Shown in pieces: positions 25,784 to 33,551 of a stretch of DNA of 40,147 nt; within the stretch, counting starts at the first letter, position 1; each line of letters begins with the position of its first letter. Position numbers and translations under genes: made by a program. The stretch lies in IMG/VR virus record IMGVR_UViG_2778261267_000001; one strand, 5' to 3'. The DNA comes from a virus. Taxonomy: Duplodnaviria; Heunggongvirae; Uroviricota; Caudoviricetes. Under the pieces are notes generated by a model. It saw nothing but the letters and a program-made list of their open reading frames with translations. It did no database searches and was not told the DNA's origin.

Positions 25784-28296
25784 TGCCAGTCGTACCAACA
25801 GTATCCGGACGTCAGGTTGAGAGTCGTGGAGTTCAGTCAGCAGGCTTGCAGACGTTTTCTCAGCCAGGTATTAGTGATGCTTTTGTTCGGGCAGGGACAG
25901 AGGCAATTGATGTTTTGGGGCAGGCAAAACAGCGTGCCAATATCGCTCTGGCTCAGGAGGCATCTCTTAACCTCAGTCAGATAAGCAGTGATCTGCTGAA
26001 TAACCCTGAAACAGGTTTGCTTAACCTGAAAGGGAAAAATGCTATTGGAAAAGGTCAGGAGTATACGCAGCAGTTTGATGCTCAGGTCGAACAACTGGCT
26101 ATGTCGCTGCCGGATGAACAGGCCCGTAATGCTTTCATGCAGCAGGCGCAGCAGCAGCGCATTCAGTTCACTACGCAGGCCGGGCGGCACGAGATAGGGC
26201 AAATAAATGCCTACGAAGAAGGCCAGTTTCAGGCTACGCTGCTGAACAATGGTAAAAATGCCGCAGCATTGTATGGCGACAACGCCGCATACGTATTGGC
26301 TAATAAGCAAACTTTCCAGCAAATTGAGGATTACGGCATTGCGCATGGCTGGAGCGACGAGCAAATCCAGGCCAAGAAAATCGAGTTTAAAGAGAAGGTT
26401 GCTGATGCAGCATTGTCCCAGTGGTCGGCAAACAATGCGACCGCATTCATCCAAAGTAATGGCGAGTTAAGTGATACTGCTGCTGGAGCTCGCCGTGCTG
26501 TAGCAGATAGTGACTCTTCCGAGCGTGCCCGTGGCATACGCAACAATAACCCAGGAAATCTCGAATACAGCAAAACCAATCCGTGGGTAGGCCAGACCGG
26601 TGATGATGGTCGATTTGCTAAATTCGAAACACCTGAACACGGGATTCGTGCATTAGGGCGGAACCTGATGTCGTATCAGAGGCAGGGTATTGATACCGTC
26701 AGCGAGATAATTAATCGCTGGGCACCGCCTACTGATAAAAATGACACTATGTCGTATATCAAAGCAGTGTGCGAACAACTTGGCGTTTCTGCTGATGAGC
26801 CTCTCGATGCATCTAATCCTGATACCCTGAAGGCGCTTTGTGCAGCCATTATCCATCATGAGAACGGTAGCCAGCCATACAGTGATCAGCAGTTAACTGC
26901 TGGTGTCAGTGCAGCACTTGGTTTATCAACAATTCCAACCAACACCAAACGCTATACCGGTAATGCAGCATTCGATGCGGCATCTCCTGAGGCGCAGGCA
27001 AGTTTTATGCGACAGGCGGATCAACTGCGTCGGCAGCAGCAGGCTGAATATAAAACGATGATTGACAGCCAGGTTCGCGATGCGACAGCTGCGTATATGC
27101 GTGGCGTTGAATTTCCTAACCCACCTGGTGAGGCTGATTTTATTGCAGCTTATGGAGTCAGAGAAGGAAACCTGCGATATACCGAGTTCAGAAATACGCA
27201 AATCGCCGGACAGTATATAGGCTCTTTCCGCAACATGCCGACAAGCAGCATTACAGCATATGTTGAGCAATTACGCCCGGATACTGGTGAGACAGGGGAG
27301 GGTTATGCGGCACGAGCCGCTCTTTATGACAACGTTGTGTCGACTGCAAGTCAGGTGATAAAGCAGCGACAGGCTGATCCTGTACAGTTCTCTCTTGCCG
27401 CCGGACAGGCAAAGCCTATCGACATGAGCAATAAGGATAACTTTGGACAGAGCGTTGCCTTGCGTGCTGCTCAGGTCAGTGACCTTGCTAAGTCATATGG
27501 CACTCCACTGACGTTCTTTTCCAAAGACGAGGCCAATCAGATCGGTGTTTTCTTTCGTGATGCGCCCGTTTCCCAACAGGCAGCATATCTCGATACCATC
27601 AGGCAGAGCACTGGTGGTGGGCAGGTGTATATGTCAGCACTACAGCAGATCAGTGCCAACGCTCCATCTGCTGCCGTTGCCGGGATACTGATGGATAAGC
27701 CAGGTGGTATTTTGGCAGAAAAAAACTGGTTTAATCCGGATGTTTCCGTGTCTCCTGAAACCGCTGCGCAGACAATTCTTGCTGGCGCGGCGGCTCGTAA
27801 AGGTACTGATGACGCGAAAGGTATTCCGATGCCTAAAGATGCTGATCTTCGCCTTGAGTTTTCTGACATGGTGAAGGATGCATTTGCTGGTGATGCTCAG
27901 GGGGCATCAATGGCATACGAGATCGCAAAGGACTATTACGCTGGTGTGATGGCGAAAAAAGGCGTGGTATCAGGCGAAATTGACAATGATATCTGGAAAC
28001 AGGCTGTTAACGTAGCTACAGGTGGCGTGCATGACTATAACGGAATGGGGAATGTTCTTTTGCCGTGGGGAATGTCTGCAGAGCAATTCGATAAGCAGGT
28101 TAATCAGGCTTGGAATGAACAAGTTGTTGGCACAGGGATAAAAACACCGCCTGGTCAGTATGGTTTGCAAAGTTACGGCGATAGTCAGTACCTGGTGAAA
28201 CTTGGTACTGGTTATCTGCTAAAAGATGATGGTTCTCCCGTTGTTCTTGATCTGACACAGAAGCGTCAGAGATTCTCCGGAGATATTCCGCAATGA
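25783..28296 (+). CDS. Internal virion/ejection protein (T7 gp15 position) with an embedded globular domain
   Basis: 837 aa from the ATG at 25783, which overlaps the upstream stop; the track's start at 25708 is an extension. Contains a conserved-looking block around RGIRNNNPGNLEYSKTNPWVGQ...IINRWAPP. Confidence 0.55.
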   Translation: MPVVPTVSGRQVESRGVQSAGLQTFSQPGISDAFVRAGTEAIDVLGQAKQRANIALAQEASLNLSQISSDLLNNPETGLLNLKGKNAIGKGQEYTQQFDAQVEQLAMSLPDEQARNAFMQQAQQQRIQFTTQAGRHEIGQINAYEEGQFQATLLNNGKNAAALYGDNAAYVLANKQTFQQIEDYGIAHGWSDEQIQAKKIEFKEKVADAALSQWSANNATAFIQSNGELSDTAAGARRAVADSDSSERARGIRNNNPGNLEYSKTNPWVGQTGDDGRFAKFETPEHGIRALGRNLMSYQRQGIDTVSEIINRWAPPTDKNDTMSYIKAVCEQLGVSADEPLDASNPDTLKALCAAIIHHENGSQPYSDQQLTAGVSAALGLSTIPTNTKRYTGNAAFDAASPEAQASFMRQADQLRRQQQAEYKTMIDSQVRDATAAYMRGVEFPNPPGEADFIAAYGVREGNLRYTEFRNTQIAGQYIGSFRNMPTSSITAYVEQLRPDTGETGEGYAARAALYDNVVSTASQVIKQRQADPVQFSLAAGQAKPIDMSNKDNFGQSVALRAAQVSDLAKSYGTPLTFFSKDEANQIGVFFRDAPVSQQAAYLDTIRQSTGGGQVYMSALQQISANAPSAAVAGILMDKPGGILAEKNWFNPDVSVSPETAAQTILAGAAARKGTDDAKGIPMPKDADLRLEFSDMVKDAFAGDAQGASMAYEIAKDYYAGVMAKKGVVSGEIDNDIWKQAVNVATGGVHDYNGMGNVLLPWGMSAEQFDKQVNQAWNEQVVGTGIKTPPGQYGLQSYGDSQYLVKLGTGYLLKDDGSPVVLDLTQKRQRFSGDIPQ

Positions 28297-30095
28297 GTTA
28301 CTTTGGCCTTAATCCAGTAAACCAGAATCAGCAGCTTGACGAAGCAGCATCAAATCCAGCTGGCTTTAACAGCGATGTTGGTTTTTTCGACAATGCTGTA
28401 GGAGCGGCATTGTCTGGTTTGTACTCCGGGCTGGTGGCAAAGCCAGATCAGTTGCTCTGGGCAGGGATGGATAAAATCGTATCCCCGATTGCTCAGTTTG
28501 TTAACGAAAACACCTCGCTCAATGACACTTCAATTTCATACATTGCCGAGCAGAGAAAACTAGCAGAGCAGCAGGTTAAGCGGCTGACGCCTGATGCCGC
28601 GACAACCGGAACCGCCGGGCAGGTTCTTTATGGGTTGTTCGATATGGGCGGGCAGGCTGTTGTCGGTACAACGCTCGGTGGTCCTGTCGGAGGTGCAGCG
28701 GCGGTAACTTCGCTACAGGGTTTTTCTGAGTTTGAACGGCTGACAGCACAGGGTGTTGATTTCAGGACGGCGCAGGAAGCGGGATTAGTGCAGGGCATTA
28801 CTGCTGGTGCCGGAACACTGATCCCTATGAGCCTCGGGTTACGTGCTGGTGGTGCGCTGGCGGAAGGTGTGGCGGCTCAGCTTGCGCGGACGGGTGAGAG
28901 TTCAGTGCGACGCGCCGCAGCAACAGCAGTACGTGCAACGCCAGATATTGCCTATGCCGCAGGTACAAATATTGCGTTCGGTATGGCACAGCGTGGGCTT
29001 ACTGCAAAAACGCTTCGTGATGGTGGCTATAGCGAAATGGCTAACCAGTATGATGTGTTGGATCGACAGGCAATTGCTATTGATGCTGTTCTTGGGGTGG
29101 CGTTTGGTGGTGTCGGCAGATTTATTAACTCTCGCGGCGAGTCTACAAACGCACCAAATTTTTCACCAGTTGATATCGATGCTGCACTGGCGGCGAATGC
29201 CGCTCATCATGCTGAAATTGATATTGCGCCCGGCGTGCCGATCAACGTGCTTTCGCGCAATTCTCACATTCAGGCTCTGCGAAAAGCTATGTCTGATGTT
29301 AGCCAGGGGAGACCTGTAGACGTTGCCAGCATTGTTGAGTCTGCATCTTTCAGTGAAATTCCTGGGCGCAAGAGTCTGCTGTCTCAGGCAGTTAATGAGG
29401 CTCTGTCATCTGTAGATGATGGAGTAACGGCGCGCGCTATAGAAAATCGGTTGCTTGAAGAACAGGCCGCGCAGCTTTTGCCGCGTGGCGATAGACAGGT
29501 TTACCAGTCTGAAATCGCTAATAGCCAACGAATTATTGAAAATCTCACTGAACAGCGGGCACAAATTCTTGCAGAAGAGCCAACCGGTAGCGGTAAAGCT
29601 TTGTCTCGTGCTAGATCAGATAAACAGGCCAGACTTCGCGATATTGATCAACGAATCCGGCAGGCACAAGAACGCCTGGAATTTTCCCGTAACGCGTTGG
29701 CACCGCACGAGCCTGGCGGTCAGTTTTTTGAAGCTCGAGCAGAACTGGCTCGGAGACAGCAGGCAGAAAGTGAACTTAATGCTCAGGCTGTTTCATTCTA
29801 TAAAACAGCAGAGGTCAGGACGCCAGACGAAGTAGCTCCTTTTGAGCCTGGTAAAATATTGCAACAGGCAGAACAAAAAATGATGGCGGATCAGGCGGGA
29901 GGTATTGATCTTCGCATAGCTGAAGACTCGCTGCTTGAATCACCTGACATGATAATCACCGTGCTGGATGATGATGGTAATCCACAATCGCGCAGCGCGC
30001 GCGAAGTACTGGATGAAGCGAACAGGGAAAGTGAGCAGGCAATACAGGATTCCAGCCTGTTTGATGTTGCTGTGGCGTGTTTCTTGAGAGGTTAA
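28293..30095 (+). CDS. Internal virion/ejection protein (600 aa)
   Basis: Large Ala/Gly-rich ORF with overlapping start, located in the ejection-protein block. Confidence 0.55.
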   Translation: MSYFGLNPVNQNQQLDEAASNPAGFNSDVGFFDNAVGAALSGLYSGLVAKPDQLLWAGMDKIVSPIAQFVNENTSLNDTSISYIAEQRKLAEQQVKRLTPDAATTGTAGQVLYGLFDMGGQAVVGTTLGGPVGGAAAVTSLQGFSEFERLTAQGVDFRTAQEAGLVQGITAGAGTLIPMSLGLRAGGALAEGVAAQLARTGESSVRRAAATAVRATPDIAYAAGTNIAFGMAQRGLTAKTLRDGGYSEMANQYDVLDRQAIAIDAVLGVAFGGVGRFINSRGESTNAPNFSPVDIDAALAANAAHHAEIDIAPGVPINVLSRNSHIQALRKAMSDVSQGRPVDVASIVESASFSEIPGRKSLLSQAVNEALSSVDDGVTARAIENRLLEEQAAQLLPRGDRQVYQSEIANSQRIIENLTEQRAQILAEEPTGSGKALSRARSDKQARLRDIDQRIRQAQERLEFSRNALAPHEPGGQFFEARAELARRQQAESELNAQAVSFYKTAEVRTPDEVAPFEPGKILQQAEQKMMADQAGGIDLRIAEDSLLESPDMIITVLDDDGNPQSRSAREVLDEANRESEQAIQDSSLFDVAVACFLRG

Positions 30096-30100
30096 ATTAA

Positions 30101-32575
30101 ATGAGACAGGAATGTATACAAGCGGTCCAGCAGGCGGCGCAGCGCACGTTAACGGCGCGAGAAATACAGAACATTGAAGACCGCATTTATCGAAATATGC
30201 GCTCCATTGCTCGTGATGACCCGATGTCGTGGCGACAACTTTCCGAATCAGAACGGTTGTATCGTGCAGCACAATTGGCATCTGAAGAATTACAGCGAGA
30301 AGCGGCATTAAAGAAACGTCGTGTGGCTCTCACTATAGCCGCACGTCAGAGATTGGATAAATTTATCAATAGCTATCAAGGGGCTGATGGGAAACTTGGC
30401 GCTCTTAACCGTACTATTGCTTTTAATGCAGACGGTAAATCGAATTTCCTCTCTGTTGAATCCAGAACAAAAGCCACTCGTGATTATGCATTGAGTCAAT
30501 TGCAGGAGGCATTTGAAGCAGTTGATCCTCGCTTTTTTGGCCTGTTTGAAGATGAAGCGGGCGTACGTGACCTGGTATATGAAATGCGGGGGCAAAATAC
30601 TGGCAATGCTAAAGCAAGAAAAGGTGCTAAAGCGTGGAGAGAAGTTACAGAGCTGCTGCGCCGCCGGTTTAATGATGCTGGTGGGGACATTGGCTATCTC
30701 GAAAACTGGGGGATCCCTCAACATCATTCTATGGAAAAGGTTGGTGCGGTATCAAAGGATAAGTGGGTTAGCGATGTTATAGGTAAGCTGGATCGCAAAT
30801 ATTATACCCGAGCCGATGGACAACTGATGAACGATGCCGAGTTGTCTGCATTTCTTGGAGAGGCTTATAACACGATCGCTACTGGTGGGCTGAATAAGCT
30901 TACTGATACCGGAATGCGAATTTCCGGCGCACGTGCTAACCGTGGTAATGCATCACGACAGATACATTTCAAAGATGCAGATTCCTATCTCCAATATCAA
31001 CAACTTTATGGCGATCGCTCTCTATGGGAAATCATGGTCGGTCACCTGGAAGGTATCAGTAAAGATATTGCTCTGGTGGAAACATATGGTCCAAACCCCG
31101 ATCATGTTTTCCGCTCCCTTCTTGATCAGGTTAAGGCAGAAACGGCAACAGCTAACCCGAGTAAAACCGGTAAAGTCGAGCGGCTGGCGAACAACACAGA
31201 GAATCTGTACAACTTTATTTCCGGAAAGACACAGCCTGTAGCGAATCCGCACATCGCGCGATGGTCTGACAATATCCGCAACTGGCTGGTTGCCAGCAGG
31301 CTCGGATCCGCGTTGCTGTCATCGTTCTCTGATCTTGGAACCATGTATCTGTCTGCGAAGGTTACCAACCTTCCAATGAACCAGTTATTCCGCAACCAGC
31401 TTGAAGCTATGGACCCAACGAACCGTACAGAACTTGCGCGGGCGCGCCGCGCTGGTCTGGCGATGGAATCTCTACTTGGCAGCGTTAACCGCTGGGCGAT
31501 GGATAATATGGGGCCGTCAGTGTCTCGTTGGGCGGCAACGGCGGTAATGCGTGCCAGTGGGCTTACAGCATGGTCAGATGCGCACAAGCGCGCCTATGGC
31601 GTAACCATGATGGGAAGCCTGGGAGAAGTAGTGTCACGGACACCAGACCTTCGTAGCCTTGATGACTCTGATTTTCGTATCCTGAAAAGCAAAGGGATTA
31701 CTGACACAGACTGGAGCGTATGGAAGTTGGCGCAACAGGAGGACTGGGGGAACGGTAATAATACGATGCTGACGCCGGAAAGCATTATGCGTATCCCTGA
31801 TTCAGCAGTTAAACATCTTGGTGAGCCTGAACGCGTGAAATTTGAGGCAATGCGTAAACTGCTCGGTGCCGTAACTGAAGAAGTTGATATGGCTGTTATT
31901 ACACCGGGAGCACGTGAGCAACTGATAACCGGTTCTGGTATTCAGCGTGGAACATGGAAAGGTGAATTAACGAGAAGTGTTTTCCTGTTTAAATCGTTCC
32001 CTATCTCGGTTGTTATGCGTCACTGGTCACGCGCTATGGGTATGCCGTCTGCTGGTGGGCGTGCGGCATATATTGCGACGTTTATTGCCAGTACGACCAT
32101 TCTTGGCGCTTTGTCGCAGCAACTTAACGACCTTGCGTCTGGTCGTAATCCTCGAGAGATGACAGGAGAAGATGCCGCAAAGTTCTGGCTTGGTGCTCTA
32201 CTGAAAGGTGGTGGTCTTGGCCTGTACGGTGACTTTTTATTGTCAGATCACACTAGGTACGGAAGCGGCGCGCTGGCGTCGATGCTTGGCCCGGTAGCTG
32301 GTCTGGTTGATGACGTAGTGAAGATTGCTCAGGGCATACCGTTAAATGCTGTGGAAGGGAAGAGTGAGCAGATTGGTGGTGATCTGGTGAAGCTGGGGAA
32401 AGGTTTGATGCCTGGTGCGAATCTCTGGTACTTGAAGGCGGCTCTCGATCACATGATCTTTAACCAGATGCAGGAGTATTTTTCACCAGGCTATTTGCGT
32501 AAAATGGAGCAACGTTCGAAGAAAGAGTTTAACCAGACATACTGGTGGCGACCTCAGGATGTCACTCCGCAATAA
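30101..32575 (+). CDS. Internal virion/ejection protein (T7 gp16-like position, 824 aa)
   Basis: Large ORF immediately upstream of the tailspike region; role by position only. Confidence 0.55.
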   Translation: MRQECIQAVQQAAQRTLTAREIQNIEDRIYRNMRSIARDDPMSWRQLSESERLYRAAQLASEELQREAALKKRRVALTIAARQRLDKFINSYQGADGKLGALNRTIAFNADGKSNFLSVESRTKATRDYALSQLQEAFEAVDPRFFGLFEDEAGVRDLVYEMRGQNTGNAKARKGAKAWREVTELLRRRFNDAGGDIGYLENWGIPQHHSMEKVGAVSKDKWVSDVIGKLDRKYYTRADGQLMNDAELSAFLGEAYNTIATGGLNKLTDTGMRISGARANRGNASRQIHFKDADSYLQYQQLYGDRSLWEIMVGHLEGISKDIALVETYGPNPDHVFRSLLDQVKAETATANPSKTGKVERLANNTENLYNFISGKTQPVANPHIARWSDNIRNWLVASRLGSALLSSFSDLGTMYLSAKVTNLPMNQLFRNQLEAMDPTNRTELARARRAGLAMESLLGSVNRWAMDNMGPSVSRWAATAVMRASGLTAWSDAHKRAYGVTMMGSLGEVVSRTPDLRSLDDSDFRILKSKGITDTDWSVWKLAQQEDWGNGNNTMLTPESIMRIPDSAVKHLGEPERVKFEAMRKLLGAVTEEVDMAVITPGAREQLITGSGIQRGTWKGELTRSVFLFKSFPISVVMRHWSRAMGMPSAGGRAAYIATFIASTTILGALSQQLNDLASGRNPREMTGEDAAKFWLGALLKGGGLGLYGDFLLSDHTRYGSGALASMLGPVAGLVDDVVKIAQGIPLNAVEGKSEQIGGDLVKLGKGLMPGANLWYLKAALDHMIFNQMQEYFSPGYLRKMEQRSKKEFNQTYWWRPQDVTPQ

Positions 32576-32584
32576 GGAAGTGTT

Positions 32585-32758
32585 GTGTTTTTAATTATTT
32601 TGAGTGTGATAATTTCTGGTGGATTGTTATTTATTGACCGCTACAAATATTTTCTTAACCCTCAGACTCAAGCTATTTGCTGGTTCATCTTTGTTGTGCA
32701 GGGAGTAGTTCTTGTTGCAAGCCTTATTGAGGGGAGGCCTCTTATTTTTACTGGGTAA
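32585..32758 (+). CDS. Small hydrophobic membrane protein (57 aa, GTG start)
   Basis: ORF below the track cut-off, translated by hand (VFLIILSVIISGGLLFIDRYKYFLNPQTQAICWFIFVVQGVVLVASLIEGRPLIFTG). Two predicted TM helices; AGGAAG 4 nt upstream of the GTG; AT-rich. Confidence 0.35.
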   Translation: MFLIILSVIISGGLLFIDRYKYFLNPQTQAICWFIFVVQGVVLVASLIEGRPLIFTG

Positions 32759-32770
32759 ATAGGTGACTAC

Positions 32771-33067
32771 ATGCAAGCTATAGGATTCATTGTTTATATC
32801 GTCGTTGGTCTTTTTCAGTTGGCAGCAATTATGGCTGGGCTTGAATCATGGTGGGGATTGCACTGGATAATTGCAGCCCCCATCGCTTTCATCGTGAGCT
32901 ATATTCCATTTGTTGGAGCGATTGTTGGTATGGTTGGCGCTGTGGATGTATGGCGGTGGGAGTGGTGGCAGGCTGGCCTTCTCTTCTTTGGTGGGATCAT
33001 CTTTGCTATTGTCTGCGGTGGAATGTCATCATTTTTCGAATGGCTATCATTCAGAAAAGGAACGTGA
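32771..33067 (+). CDS. Small integral membrane protein (98 aa)
   Basis: ORF with AGGTG RBS; almost entirely hydrophobic with Trp-rich loops (three or more TM helices); followed by a terminator. Confidence 0.55.
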   Translation: MQAIGFIVYIVVGLFQLAAIMAGLESWWGLHWIIAAPIAFIVSYIPFVGAIVGMVGAVDVWRWEWWQAGLLFFGGIIFAIVCGGMSSFFEWLSFRKGT

Positions 33068-33075
33068 CATGTCAC

Positions 33076-33100
33076 AGGCCGCTTTCGCGGCCTTTTCTTT
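33076..33100 (+). terminator. Intrinsic terminator after the membrane-protein genes
   Basis: AGGCCGC-TTTC-GCGGCCT hairpin followed by TTTCTTT; preceded by a 12-bp palindrome GTGACATGTCAC (33064-33075). Confidence 0.65.
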
Positions 33101-33374
33101 ATGTAGTTTGTTTTCGTAATTGTTCGGCACAATAGTCGAGATGTGTTTGCAGATCCTGCATAGACATCTGTGAGCTGGTGACGTAGTTAATCAGTGCAGT
33201 CAGTTCGGCAAGTGGGCCATCGACATTAAATCCATCCTTATCGAGATCCCGGAGTAATTTCATCAAGTGCGATCCATCCACCAGTGACCTGACGCCTCCC
33301 GGCGTGTGAATCCTTTCGGTAAATCCGTCTTCCAGTGGATAGTGATACTGCTGCATCTTATCTTCTCCATGCAA
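33099..33374 (-). CDS. Hypothetical protein (91 aa), divergent from the tailspike gene
   Basis: ORF convergent with the membrane-protein genes and sharing a 177-bp divergent control region with the tailspike gene; no motif recognised. Confidence 0.45.
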   Translation of the reverse strand: MHGEDKMQQYHYPLEDGFTERIHTPGGVRSLVDGSHLMKLLRDLDKDGFNVDGPLAELTALINYVTSSQMSMQDLQTHLDYCAEQLRKQTT

Positions 33375-33432
33375 TAACTGTATATTTATACAGTATCAAA
33401 TAATTTGTTTGCTATCCAGCACGTTTTGCGAA

Positions 33433-33498
33433 TTACCTGAAAGGTAATATCTATTCGTGTTTATGGGTTATCTATCCATATGTGGTTTTTAAGGTAAT
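33433..33498. promoter_or_regulatory. Tailspike / divergent-gene control region: TTACC-N5-GGTAA palindrome plus TATGTGGTT-N5-GGTAAT element
   Basis: TTACCTGAAAGGTAA at 33433-33447; TATGTGGTT at 33479-33487; GGTAAT at 33493-33498. Confidence 0.55.
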
Positions 33499-33551
33499 AG
33501 AATAACCGGATATGCGGCGCAACGGGTGCTGCGACTATCTGGAGATTTAAC

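Noticed and set aside
28843-29319. 158-aa plus-strand ORF in an alternative frame inside the 600-aa virion protein gene
   Set aside because: Alternative-frame shadow ORF without RBS; Arg/Leu-rich artefactual translation.
31126-31587. 153-aa minus-strand ORF inside the 824-aa virion protein gene
   Set aside because: Antisense shadow ORF within a strongly supported gene.
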